A stretch of 64,000 bases of DNA, taken from Mesorhizobium sp. GTDB taxonomy: Bacteria; Pseudomonadota; Alphaproteobacteria; Rhizobiales; Rhizobiaceae. Of the stretch, positions 55,185-64,000 are shown piece by piece. The DNA lies in assembly GCF_004020545.1 (NCBI RefSeq), contig NZ_SAQE01000006.1, one strand, 5' to 3'. The notes under the pieces are model-generated. The model saw nothing but the letters and a program-made list of their open reading frames with translations, was not told where the DNA came from and ran no database searches. The translations under genes were made by a program, and so were the position numbers. Each line of letters opens with the position of its first letter. Positions within the stretch are counted from its first letter, which is position 1.

Positions 55185-55676
55185 TCACGCCGCGTTAGCG
55201 CCCGATTCCTTATCCAGCACCATGTAGTCGAGCGGAATCTCGGTCGTGTACTTGATCTGCTCCATGGCGAAGGACGAGGACACGTCGCGGATCTCGATCT
55301 TGGCGATCAGCCGCTTGTAGAAGGCATCGTAGGCGGCGATGTCGGGCACCACCACGCGCAGCAGATAGTCGACGTCCCCGCTCATGCGGTAGAACTCGAC
55401 CACCTCCGGAAATTCCTGGATGACCTCGGAGAAGCGCCGCAGCCACTCATGGCTGTGCGAGTTGGTGCGGATCGACACGAAGACGGTGACGCGCACATTG
55501 ACCTTCTCGTGGTCGAGAATGGCCACGCGCCGCTTGATGACGCCCTCTTCCTCCAGCTTCTGGATGCGCCGCCAGCACGGCGTGGTCGACAGGCCGACTT
55601 TCTTGGCGACATCGGCGACCGCAAGTGTCGCGTCCTCCTGCAGGAGGCGGAGAATTTTTCGGTCAAGGCGGTCCAT
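55185..55676 (-). CDS. Lrp/AsnC-family transcriptional regulator
   Basis: MDRLDRKILRLLQEDATLAVADVAKKVGLSTTPCWRRIQKLEEEGVIKRRVAILD..., 163 aa. Confidence 0.9.
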   Translation of the reverse strand: MDRLDRKILRLLQEDATLAVADVAKKVGLSTTPCWRRIQKLEEEGVIKRRVAILDHEKVNVRVTVFVSIRTNSHSHEWLRRFSEVIQEFPEVVEFYRMSGDVDYLLRVVVPDIAAYDAFYKRLIAKIEIRDVSSSFAMEQIKYTTEIPLDYMVLDKESGANAA

Positions 55677-55785
55677 TGGGGAGACTCCAGAGGAATAGTT
55701 TCGCTATATTCCCTTTTATCCAGGCCTTTCACAAGAAAGAAATTCTGCCGATGGCGCCAAAAGCGAGTGATTTCTTGCCGAACGC

Positions 55786-56421
55786 CTAACCGATGCGATA
55801 GCGGATTTCCGACCGCAGGAAAGGCAGCAAATCCATTTCAAACCAGGGATTCTTCTTCAGCCAACCGGTATTTCGCCAGGACGGATGCGGCAACGGCAGC
55901 ACTTTTACGTTGGCCGAGGCATCCCAGACAGCGCGCCAGTTCCTGACCGTTTCCGTCAGCGGCACCCCTCGCGCCGTGCCCATGTGCCAGGACTGCGCGT
56001 AGCCGCCGATCGTCAGCACCAGGTCGATCTGCGGCATCAGCGCCATCAACTCGGCGCGCCAGGCCGGCGCGCATTCGCGGCGCGGCGGCAGGTCGGCGCC
56101 CTTGGCGTCCTGCCCCGGGAAGCAGAAACCCATCGGCACGATGGCGAATTTTTCCGTATCGTAGAATTCGTCACTGGTGACACCGAGCCAGCTCCTCAAC
56201 CGATCTCCAGAGGCGTCGGTGAACGGCATGCCCGAGATGTGGACCTTGGTGCCCGGCGCCTGGCTGGCGAGCAGGATGCGAGCGCTCGACGATGGCCTCA
56301 GCACAGGGCGCGGCTCATGCGGCAAAGGCCGGCCGCGCGGATGCTCGACGCAGATGCGGCAGGCCCGCACCCTGGCGGTCAGGCTTTCCAACTCTTCTCT
56401 CGTGCCGGATAGCTCGTCCAA
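55786..56421 (-). CDS. Uracil-DNA glycosylase superfamily protein
   Basis: CRICVEHP...LLASQAPGTKVH (GQAPG-like motif A) and LPLPHPSWRN (HPS motif B). The track start is TTG 56421, so the exact start is uncertain. Confidence 0.75.
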   Translation of the reverse strand: MDELSGTREELESLTARVRACRICVEHPRGRPLPHEPRPVLRPSSSARILLASQAPGTKVHISGMPFTDASGDRLRSWLGVTSDEFYDTEKFAIVPMGFCFPGQDAKGADLPPRRECAPAWRAELMALMPQIDLVLTIGGYAQSWHMGTARGVPLTETVRNWRAVWDASANVKVLPLPHPSWRNTGWLKKNPWFEMDLLPFLRSEIRYRIG

Positions 56422-56431
56422 AATGCGGGCC

Positions 56432-57043
56432 TCAGGCAGTGGCGCTCGGCCGGCTTGTCAGAGCCCCGTACCAACGCAATACGTTGGTGCAATCCTCCGG
56501 CACCTTGATGCGCGCCGGCTTCATAAAGTCGATGGCGATCATCCCGGTGATGTCGGCGACCGAATAGGCATCGCTGGCGGCGAATTCCCTGTCCGCCAAC
56601 TCGCGGTCGAGCAGATACAGGAATTCGATCGCCTTCGGCTTGTTGGCTTCGCCCCATTCGGGGATCTGCGGCACCTCCCAGTCCTTCATCGCCGGGTGGA
56701 TGTGCCGGAAGGCGGCGGCGACGCAGCTCAAGAGGTTGAACTCCATGCGCCTTTGCCACATCTCGACCGTGGCCTTGCCGAGCGCGCCCGTTCCGAACAG
56801 GGCAGGCTCGGGATGCAATTCCTCGAAGTAGCGGCAGATGGCGATCGATTCGGTGATGATGGTGCCGTCATCAAGCTCCAACACCGGCAGCCGCCGCAGC
56901 GCATTGCGCGACGCCACCGGCTGCTCTCGATGCTCCAGCGCGCCCATGTCGACAGGCACCAGCGGAACGGTCAATCCCTTCTCCGCCAAGAAAACCCGAA
57001 CCCGTCTGGGGTTGGGCGCGCGGCCACCATCGAACAGCTTCAT
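56432..57043 (-). CDS. Glutathione S-transferase family protein
   Basis: MKLFDGGRAPNPRRVRVFLAEKGLTVPLVPVDM...LPVLELDDGTIITESIAICRYFEE. GGGAGAA precedes ATG 57043. The track ORF begins 7 codons earlier. Confidence 0.85.
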   Translation of the reverse strand: MKLFDGGRAPNPRRVRVFLAEKGLTVPLVPVDMGALEHREQPVASRNALRRLPVLELDDGTIITESIAICRYFEELHPEPALFGTGALGKATVEMWQRRMEFNLLSCVAAAFRHIHPAMKDWEVPQIPEWGEANKPKAIEFLYLLDRELADREFAASDAYSVADITGMIAIDFMKPARIKVPEDCTNVLRWYGALTSRPSATA

Positions 57044-57160
57044 TCCATTCTCCCGATCTCTCATCCGATCATAGGGCGCGCTTCAATGCATGTCGCCCAA
57101 AAGTGCGCGGCGGTTTTGGGGAGACGACATGCATCAAACAGAGCATCGCCAGAAGCACCA

Positions 57161-57784
57161 TCACCAGAAACGAACAAGCTCCCGCAGCGCATCACCGAGC
57201 GAAGCCAACGTGCCGTGTCTCCTCTCGGCCGGCTGATCGTGATGGCTGTCGCGCCAGTCCTGCGGCTCCTCGAATGAACCTGCCCAGATGCCGGCCTTGG
57301 CGGCGCGCGCAACAGCCTCCTCGGTTTCGAAGTCGCCGAAGGCGACGGCCCATCCGGCCTGCACCTGAGCACGGTTGAGGTCCGTGTCACCTGCCTTGCA
57401 GTCGCCGAGCAGCCGGCCGTATCGGTCGCGCTGCCAGCCGCTGCAGGAAACCGGCCTGCTGGCGATCAGCCGCACGAGCGATTGCCTCGCGAGCTTGCCG
57501 CACGGATAGTCGGCGGCGCCCCTGCGGCACGTCTGCGTGTATTCCGGAGCATCGATGCCGCGCATGCGGATGCGCTCTGTTCCCAGCGTGATCGAATCGC
57601 CGTCGTTGACGATGGCCGTGCCCTGCTCCTTGCGCGTCTCGAAACGGTCGAGCCGCGCCGCCACCAAAATGAACAGGCCAAGCAGAACCGCGGTCAGCGC
57701 ATAATCCAGCAGCTTGCGCCAGAGGCTGCGCGGAGGCTGCGGAACATATCGCCGGCGCGGTCCTCGCGACCAGGAACGGCTCAT
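57161..57784 (-). CDS. Thermonuclease (SNase-like) family protein with N-terminal membrane anchor
   Basis: LLDYALTAVLLGLFILVAARL (TM), then DGDSITLGTERIRMRGIDAPE...DRYGRLLGDC...AQVQAGWA. Confidence 0.8.
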   Translation of the reverse strand: MSRSWSRGPRRRYVPQPPRSLWRKLLDYALTAVLLGLFILVAARLDRFETRKEQGTAIVNDGDSITLGTERIRMRGIDAPEYTQTCRRGAADYPCGKLARQSLVRLIASRPVSCSGWQRDRYGRLLGDCKAGDTDLNRAQVQAGWAVAFGDFETEEAVARAAKAGIWAGSFEEPQDWRDSHHDQPAERRHGTLASLGDALRELVRFW

Positions 57785-57860
57785 ATGGCAAACAGTCTCT
57801 TAATCATTCGAACGTAGCTTAACGAACTTGAAAATCGCTGCGCGCGGAAATTGAACTTGC

Positions 57861-59381
57861 ATGCCTCTGCTACGCTCGGACACAGCGGACAAATTCATTG
57901 TGGACCGCAGGAAACCGCATCGCAACAGCGATGTGGCGCGCGCGGTGCGCAGAACGCGTGACCGTCTTTCCCAGCAGGCCGGCAGCCTCGACTTCGACCG
58001 CGAACTGCTGAAGCTGCACGCGCGCGCCATGATGGTCAGCGCGATCGCCATACCGCTGCTCGTGCTCACCGTGGCGGCTATCGGCCGCTTTGCCGGCCTG
58101 GGCAACCAGGTTGCCGTCTGGGCTCTCTTCGCCCTGCTCTGCTACACCATCGTCGCTTTCATGGCGCGGCGCGTCGAGCGCACGGAAGCGTCCGAGCTCG
58201 ACCCGTTGCAAACGCGCCGCGATTTCCTGATCGGCCATTCACTGTGCGGCCTCGGTTGGGCCTGGTTCGCCTGGCTCGGCTGCGACACGTGCCAGGTCGA
58301 CCAGTTCCACGTGGTCAAGGCCATGGTGCTTCTGGTCGCCATGGCGACCACTGCGGTCATGGCGTCGTCGCTGGGCGGCGCACTGCTCGCGACCTTCGCC
58401 GTTCCCGTGGCGGTCTATGTTTATACGGTTATACGCCTGTGGATGCCGATCGAGGGAATCATGGCGGCGCTCCTGGTCGCCGCCCTGCCCTTCTTCGGCT
58501 ATGTCGCGCGCCATCTCAACCAGGCCTCGTGGATGGTGCTCTCTTTCCGCTCCGAAAAGGACGCGCTGATCGCCGAGGTGGAGACGGCGAAATCGATGTC
58601 CGACGAAGCCAGGCGGCGCGCCGAGGACGCCAATCTTGCGAAGTCGCGCTTTCTCGCCTCGATGAGCCACGAGCTCAGGACGCCGCTCAACGCCATCCTC
58701 GGCTTTTCCGAAGTGATGGCCAATGAAGTGCTCGGGCCGATGAACAACCCGACCTATCGCGATTACGCGCATGATGTGCATGAATCCGGACAGCATCTGC
58801 TCGACCTGATCAACGAGATCCTCGACCTGTCGCGCATCGAGGCCGGCCGCTACCAGCTCAACGAGGAGCCGGTGGTGCTGGTGACGATCGTCGAGGACTG
58901 CTGCCACATGATGGAGCTCAGGGCCCGCAACAAGGACATTCGCGTCATCCAGGAGTTCGAGACCACCCTGCCGCGCCTGTTTGGCGACGAACGGGCAATC
59001 CGGCAGATCACGCTCAACCTGTTGTCCAATGCGATCAAGTTCACCCCCTCGGGCGGCGAGGTCCGTGTGCGCGTCGGCTGGACGGCGGGCGGCGGCCAGT
59101 ACATCTCGGTCAAGGACAACGGCCCGGGCATTCCGGACGAGGAAATCCCGGTGGTGCTTTCCGCCTTCGGCCAGGGCTCGATCGCCATCAAGAGCGCCGA
59201 ACAGGGAACCGGCCTCGGACTGCCGATCGTGCAGGGGCTGCTCGACATGCATGGCGGCGAGTTCGAGCTTCACTCCAAGCTGCGCGAAGGCACCGAAGCG
59301 ATCGCCATTTTCCCGCTGAGCCGGGTGATGGAGGAATTGCCGGCATTGCCGACCAAGGAGGTTGCGGCGCGCAGGCGCTAG
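57861..59381 (+). CDS. Membrane sensor histidine kinase (no adjacent response regulator)
   Basis: 506 aa with a multi-TM N-terminus, H-box FLASMSHELRTPLNAILGFSEVM, N-box LLSNAIKFTP, and G-boxes DNGPGI / GTGLGLPIV. Confidence 0.88.
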   Translation: MPLLRSDTADKFIVDRRKPHRNSDVARAVRRTRDRLSQQAGSLDFDRELLKLHARAMMVSAIAIPLLVLTVAAIGRFAGLGNQVAVWALFALLCYTIVAFMARRVERTEASELDPLQTRRDFLIGHSLCGLGWAWFAWLGCDTCQVDQFHVVKAMVLLVAMATTAVMASSLGGALLATFAVPVAVYVYTVIRLWMPIEGIMAALLVAALPFFGYVARHLNQASWMVLSFRSEKDALIAEVETAKSMSDEARRRAEDANLAKSRFLASMSHELRTPLNAILGFSEVMANEVLGPMNNPTYRDYAHDVHESGQHLLDLINEILDLSRIEAGRYQLNEEPVVLVTIVEDCCHMMELRARNKDIRVIQEFETTLPRLFGDERAIRQITLNLLSNAIKFTPSGGEVRVRVGWTAGGGQYISVKDNGPGIPDEEIPVVLSAFGQGSIAIKSAEQGTGLGLPIVQGLLDMHGGEFELHSKLREGTEAIAIFPLSRVMEELPALPTKEVAARRR

Positions 59382-60373
59382 AGCCTAACCGCTGCCGCCA
59401 TACCGGAACTGGTGAGCGCTGCTGCCTTGACGAGACCGGCCGCCAGCCCTGCTCCGACCCCTTCGCCGTGATTGAGGCCAAGATCGAGCAGTGGCCTGAG
59501 CCCAAGCCGATCGGCGACCTTGGCGTGCCCGGGCTCGGGCGACAGGCTGGCGAGCAGGCAATGGTCGAGCGCGGCGGGATTGACCCTCTGCAGAACCGCA
59601 GCCGCGGCAGTCGAGACGAACCCGTCGAGCAATACCGGGATCCTTTGCATGCGGGCGGCAAGAATGGCGCCACAGATCGCCGCGAACTCACGGCCGCCGA
59701 CCCGGCGCAAGGCTTCGAGCGGATCGCCGAGGCCGGCGCCGTGGAAGGCCAGCGCCCTGTCGACCGCTTCCGCCTTGCGCGCGATCATTGCTTGATCCGC
59801 GCCCGATCCCGGCCCGACCCAGACGGCGCCCTCTCCTCCGAACAACGCCGCGCACAACGCGGCCGCGATCGTGGAATTGCCGACGCCGAGATCGCCGAGG
59901 CAAAGAAGGTCGGCGCCGCCGGCGACGGCCTCCATGCCGAAGGCCATGGTGGCGGCACAGCCGCGTTCGTCGAGCGCCGCTTCCTCGGTGATGTCTCCCG
60001 TGGGAATATCCAGCGCCAGATCGAAGACCTTCAGCCCGAGATCATAGGCGATGCAGATCTGGTTGATCGCGGCGCCACCGGCGGCGCAGAGCTCGACCGC
60101 ATTGGCGGTTGCCGAAACCGGCCGCGGCGAGATGGCATGCCGGACAGCGCCATGATTGCCGGCAAAGATCGCCACAAGCGGCCGGTTCACGGCCGGTGGC
60201 GCGCGCCCGCTCCAGGCGGCGAGCCAGACAGCAATATCCTCGACCCGGCCCAGCGAAGCTTTCGGCTTGTCGGCTTTGGCAAACAACAAACGGACACGGG
60301 TTTCGGCGGCGGCGTCCGCCGGCGGCAGCGTCGCCAGGAGAGTGCGGAAATCATCGAAAGGCTTTGCGGTCAT
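59378..60373 (-). CDS. cobT: Nicotinate-nucleotide--dimethylbenzimidazole phosphoribosyltransferase
   Basis: 331 aa from ATG 60373: LGRVEDIAVWLAAWSG...VAIFAGNHGAV...LGDLGVGNSTIAAAL...GEGVGAGLA, typical of CobT. Confidence 0.88.
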   Translation of the reverse strand: MTAKPFDDFRTLLATLPPADAAAETRVRLLFAKADKPKASLGRVEDIAVWLAAWSGRAPPAVNRPLVAIFAGNHGAVRHAISPRPVSATANAVELCAAGGAAINQICIAYDLGLKVFDLALDIPTGDITEEAALDERGCAATMAFGMEAVAGGADLLCLGDLGVGNSTIAAALCAALFGGEGAVWVGPGSGADQAMIARKAEAVDRALAFHGAGLGDPLEALRRVGGREFAAICGAILAARMQRIPVLLDGFVSTAAAAVLQRVNPAALDHCLLASLSPEPGHAKVADRLGLRPLLDLGLNHGEGVGAGLAAGLVKAAALTSSGMAAAVRL

Positions 60374-60534
60374 GTCGGATGCGGTCTCTTTGCGGAAACA
60401 GGCAGCGGCATAGCCGCCTTCACTGCCCGGCACAACCGCCCGCAATGCCGCGAAAGTGCCGGTTGACGGCGCATTGCGAAGGGCTTGCATTGGCTTCGCG
60501 GTTGCACCATGTGCAATGAACGCAAGAGAACAGC

Positions 60535-60765
60535 ATGACCGCCATCGAATCTCCCTGCATACTCGTCTGTTCGATCGACATGAAAACCGGCTTCTGCTTC
60601 GGCTGCGGCCGAACGCGCGACGAAATCGCGAGCTGGCTCACGATGACGCCGGGAGTCCGGCGGGCGGTTATGGCTGAGTTGCCGGCGCGGCTGGAGACGG
60701 TCGAACGCCGGCCCCGCCGCGAGACGCGGCGCGCCCGCATGGCGCGCGAGCGCGGCATATTGTGA
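60535..60765 (+). CDS. DUF1289 domain-containing (YdhL-like) Cys-rich small protein
   Basis: 76 aa: [29 protein letters not shown]. Confidence 0.8.
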   Translation: MTAIESPCILVCSIDMKTGFCFGCGRTRDEIASWLTMTPGVRRAVMAELPARLETVERRPRRETRRARMARERGIL

Positions 60766-60789
60766 GCAAGGACTGAGGAAGGGCCGACC

Positions 60790-61494
60790 ATGAACCGCCT
60801 GTTCTGGATCGTCATGCTGGTGATCGGCGCGGGCGTGATCCTGCTGATGATGAACGATTCCGCCGGCCGCACCTTCGGCATCGAGAACCACGGTTTCAGC
60901 CGGCTGATCTGGGTTGGTGTGCTGGTGACGGTGATTGGCGCGAGCCTTGTTCGCTCGGGCCGGCCGCTCGGTGACATGGCGCGCAATCTCGGCGTCTGGG
61001 CCGCGATCGTGCTGGCGCTGATCGCAGGTTACCAGTATCGCTACGAGCTTCAGGGCGTTGCCAGCCGCGTCACGGCCGGCCTCGTTCCCGGAAGCCCTTT
61101 GGCGCTGGGCGTGGACAATGGACGTGCCACGGTCACGCTCGACAAGGCCGACAACGGCCATTTCGAGGCCCGGATCCTCGTCAACGGCGCGCCGGTGCGG
61201 ACCGTGGTCGACACCGGCGCGACCAGCACGGTGCTGACGGCGGAGGATGCCCAGGCGGCTGGCTTCAACCCGGCGGCGCTCAGCTACACCGTGGACGTTT
61301 CGACCGCCAATGGCATGGCGCGCGCCGCCACCGTCAGAACCGACGAGGTGGCCATCGGCGGCATCGTGCGCAAGGATATGCCGGTTATGGTCGCGGCGCC
61401 CGGCATGCTCGAGCAAAGCCTGCTCGGCATGAAATTCATCAGTTCGCTGTCGGGTTTCGACGTGCGCGGCGACCGCATGATCCTTCGAGACTAG
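60790..61494 (+). CDS. Membrane-anchored retropepsin-like (clan AA, TIGR02281-type) aspartic protease
   Basis: 234 aa with N-terminal TM helices, then GHFEARILVNGAPVRTVVDTGATSTVLT (D-T-G active site). Confidence 0.8.
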   Translation: MNRLFWIVMLVIGAGVILLMMNDSAGRTFGIENHGFSRLIWVGVLVTVIGASLVRSGRPLGDMARNLGVWAAIVLALIAGYQYRYELQGVASRVTAGLVPGSPLALGVDNGRATVTLDKADNGHFEARILVNGAPVRTVVDTGATSTVLTAEDAQAAGFNPAALSYTVDVSTANGMARAATVRTDEVAIGGIVRKDMPVMVAAPGMLEQSLLGMKFISSLSGFDVRGDRMILRD

Positions 61495-61509
61495 CTGCTC
61501 GACAAAGCG

Positions 61510-62496
61510 TCAAGCAGCTTCAGCTTCCGCCGCCGCGAAATCTATCGCCGCGAAGGCCGTCTTCAGCACCTCCGGCCCAGCGCCTGGTTTGTTGGCGTCG
61601 GTGGACAGGATCTGCCGGTAGCGGCGCGCGCCCGGGAGCCCGTGGAACAGTCCGACCATATGACGGGTGACATGGCCGAGCCGCCCGCCGCTCTCGATAT
61701 GACGCGCGGCATAGCCGGCCATGGCATCCATGAGCGCGGCATGGTCGAAGGCGGCAGGCGCTTCGCCATAGAACGCGGCGTCGACGCCGGCAAGAATGCC
61801 CGGCGTATGATAGGCGGCGCGGCCGAGCATGGCGCCGTCGACATGGCCGAGATGCGCCGATGCCTCGTCAAGCGATTGAATGCCGCCATTGATGCCGATG
61901 AATTCGTTCGGCTTTCTGGCCTTCAGCCGGTAGACGCGTGGGTAGTCGAGCGGCGGGACATCGCGATTTTCCTTGGGGCTGAGCCCTTCCAGCCACGCCT
62001 TGCGGGCATGCACCCAAAGCGCATCGGCGCCGGCCGCGAACACACCATCCGCCAGCGTGTCGAGCGCGGGCTCGGGGTCCTGATCGTCGACGCCGATCCG
62101 GCATTTGACGGTGACCGGGATTTTCACCGCCGCCTTCATCGTCGCGACGCATTCGGCCACCAGCGCCGGCGTCTTCATCAGGCAGGCGCCGAATGTGCCT
62201 GACTGGACGCGGTCCGACGGGCAGCCGACATTGAGGTTGACCTCGTCATAGCCGAATGCCTCGCCGATGACAGCCGCCTCGGCAAGCTTCCGCGGGTCGG
62301 AACCGCCGAGCTGCAGGGCGACCGGATGCTCGACAGCGTCGAACCCAAGCAAGCGCTCACGCGCGCCATGGATGACGGCGTCTGCTACAACCATCTCGGT
62401 GTAAAGCAATGCGCGCCGCGTCAACTGACGGTGGAAGAACCGGCAATGCCGGTCCGTCCAATCCATCATTGGTGCTATGGCGAGCGTCGTATGCAT
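61510..62496 (-). CDS. dusA: tRNA dihydrouridine(20/20a) synthase DusA
   Basis: From ATG 62496: MHTTLAIAPMMDWTDRHCRFFHRQLTRRALLYTEMV...NLNVGCPSDRVQSG... Confidence 0.9.
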   Translation of the reverse strand: MHTTLAIAPMMDWTDRHCRFFHRQLTRRALLYTEMVVADAVIHGARERLLGFDAVEHPVALQLGGSDPRKLAEAAVIGEAFGYDEVNLNVGCPSDRVQSGTFGACLMKTPALVAECVATMKAAVKIPVTVKCRIGVDDQDPEPALDTLADGVFAAGADALWVHARKAWLEGLSPKENRDVPPLDYPRVYRLKARKPNEFIGINGGIQSLDEASAHLGHVDGAMLGRAAYHTPGILAGVDAAFYGEAPAAFDHAALMDAMAGYAARHIESGGRLGHVTRHMVGLFHGLPGARRYRQILSTDANKPGAGPEVLKTAFAAIDFAAAEAEAA

Positions 62497-63027
62497 AAGC
62501 CTATTCAATCTTTCCGGCGCTCCGCGTTCAAACCCATGAGGCACGATCTAGTATATTTTCTTTTATTTTCAAATAGTTCCTACAGCAGGGACAAAAGTCC
62601 CACTTCAAGAGGGACCATTTCCCAGGTCACAGATTTCCAGAAAAATCAATAGTTCGATTTGAACTTTCCACAAATAAGCGTAAACTTTTTCGTTGCTCGT
62701 GTTCTGAGCGGGAGGCGTACAGGCAGTCAAGCCTGTTGAAGAGGGGCGGGTTGAGTATGCCCTCATCATCGATCCTTGGCGCCCGTCATTGGCGGGTTGC
62801 CCCAGCGCACAGGGCGCATCCGCCTGGAAATGCCTGACGGGGCATGGAGCGGAGGATCGCGGTGGTTCCCCCCAACCCCTCTACCCCCTGAACCAAATCA
62901 CCACTCCAGTTTTCTTTAACGATGACGCGTAGCGCCGGCCCATGCCGGCGAATGCGCGCCCGTGCGGCCGGTTGCCAGTGTTGGGGCTGACTTCGCGCCT
63001 GTCGCATTGAAATCAGGGAGAACCCTC

Positions 63028-64000
63028 ATGACGATCAGCTTCATTCTCAACGACCCGGCCGTCAACGACCAGACCGCTGGTCCGCAAACCGACGATAGCG
63101 GCGACGGCTTTACCGACACCGATGTGGCGTACTCCACGCTGCCACTTGCATTCCGGACCTATCTTGAGACGACTCTCGGGCTGCCCTCCACATTCCCGAC
63201 CAATGTCTACGTCGCGACGAAGACAAACTCGGTCACCGTCAACGCCACCGCCGGTTCGCAGCTCTCCGGCACTACGTTCACCGACAGCACCGGCGGCGCC
63301 CTCGACGGCGATGATAGCTTGCTCAAAACCGCCGATGGCAAGGAAATCTTCCTCTACGCCGACGGAAGCAACACCGTAATCGGCAAGTATGACAGCGATG
63401 GCATCAACGGCGTTGACTCGATCGCCTTCGTCATCTTCAAGCAGGACGTGCTGAACGCCGGCGCGACCAGCGACCAGGTGACGCTCAGTATCGTCACCTA
63501 CGTGCCGATCTTCCATAGCGACACTAACGACCCCGATGACGCGGTCAATCTCGGCAACACCCTCAAGCTCGCCGCCGGCGAGACCACCACCTTCAGCTTT
63601 GCCGGGGCGCCTTCCGGCAGCAACCTCTTCATGATGTTCGGTGATCCGAACTCCACCGAGATCGTGGTGATCGGACAAGATCCGTTGAATCAGTCCGAGG
63701 GCGGGAACATCACGACCAAGGATGTGCTCAACATCAGCCAGGCCGGCAGCACCACCTCGTTCGGTGTCAACGGCAACCAGATCAACCCCACCGAGGGCGC
63801 GTTCATCACCTATGTCCACGGCGCGAACACGAACTACCTCGTGCCCAATCTGGACCAGAACGAGGCCGACATCGAAGCCAACATCGACTTCCAAAGCCTC
63901 GTCAATGCAACCACAGCGTCCTTCACCGTCAACCAGACCAATCCCGGCATCGGACCCGTCACCGTCAAGATTTCGGCCTTCACAACCGCCTACGAGCCGG
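63028..64000 (+). CDS. N-terminal part of a large repetitive secreted protein (adhesin / RTX-like, DUF5801-type); continues past the window end
   Basis: My own translation from ATG 63028 (SD GGGAG) gives MTISFILNDPAVNDQTAGPQTDDSGDGFTDTDVAYSTLPLAFRTYLETTLGLPSTF...GKEIFLYADGSNTVIGKYDSDGINGVDSIAFVIF... The frame stays open to 64000, is Thr/Asp/Asn/Gly-rich, has no Cys and no classical signal peptide. Confidence 0.7.
   Translation, partial: MTISFILNDPAVNDQTAGPQTDDSGDGFTDTDVAYSTLPLAFRTYLETTLGLPSTFPTNVYVATKTNSVTVNATAGSQLSGTTFTDSTGGALDGDDSLLKTADGKEIFLYADGSNTVIGKYDSDGINGVDSIAFVIFKQDVLNAGATSDQVTLSIVTYVPIFHSDTNDPDDAVNLGNTLKLAAGETTTFSFAGAPSGSNLFMMFGDPNSTEIVVIGQDPLNQSEGGNITTKDVLNISQAGSTTSFGVNGNQINPTEGAFITYVHGANTNYLVPNLDQNEADIEANIDFQSLVNATTASFTVNQTNPGIGPVTVKISAFTTAYEP

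Noticed and set aside
60374-60534. Possible cobalamin riboswitch in the cobT / DUF1289 divergent region
   Set aside because: I looked on the cobT strand for the B12-box (GCCACTG-like) and the conserved GGTG...GGGAA core and found only weak partial resemblances (aaagagaccgc, gggcagtgaagg). This is not enough to call, and an Infernal scan with RF00174 would settle it.
60370-61416. 348-aa minus-strand ORF opposite the DUF1289 and aspartic protease genes
   Set aside because: It has low-complexity, Arg/His/Ala-rich composition. The plus-strand genes have clear family motifs (CxxC cluster; DTGA active site).
1-64000. CRISPR arrays, rRNA genes, IS elements
   Set aside because: I noticed no regularly spaced direct repeats, rRNA-like conserved stretches, or terminal inverted repeats flanking transposase-like ORFs while reading the window.

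Overview
This is a high-GC alphaproteobacterial chromosome segment with Rhizobiales-type gene content (pcs, IalB, a BacA/ABCD-like ABC protein, many ABC uptake systems). A Mesorhizobium-like origin is only my inference. I call about 62 protein-coding genes and one tRNA-Val(CAC) with its promoter and terminator, plus several hairpin terminators and operator-like palindromes. I saw no rRNA, CRISPR array, transposase or integrase. Most of the window is ordinary housekeeping: a BMP-type ABC operon, qor, pcs, a ubiH-family gene, hspQ, mgtE, gor, rpiA, gph, moaA, mobAB, cobT, dusA, amino-acid ABC genes, and small TetR/MarR/Lrp modules. The stand-out is a roughly 13 kb accessory block directly 3' of tRNA-Val (about 22.1-35.3 kb), with three parts. 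(i) A 1223-aa fusion of a subtilisin-like S8 protease and a thermolysin-like HExxH metalloprotease, without a signal peptide, is translationally coupled (8-nt overlap) to a 508-aa ComEC-type MBL-fold hydrolase. (ii) A single 1426-aa ORF fuses a cytochrome P450, a two-helix membrane hairpin, an unassigned conserved domain and a DyP-type peroxidase. (iii) A private cAMP circuit consists of a class III cyclase-TPR protein, a CRP-family regulator with a CRP-like R-E recognition helix, and two perfect TGTGA-N6-TCACA boxes. These were the only two such boxes I found in the window, and they sit in the promoter regions of exactly these two loci. I regard this cAMP/CRP-wired block as the best candidate for an undescribed system. 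The window ends inside the N-terminus of a large repetitive secreted (adhesin/RTX-like) protein preceded by a ~530-nt AT-richer leader.
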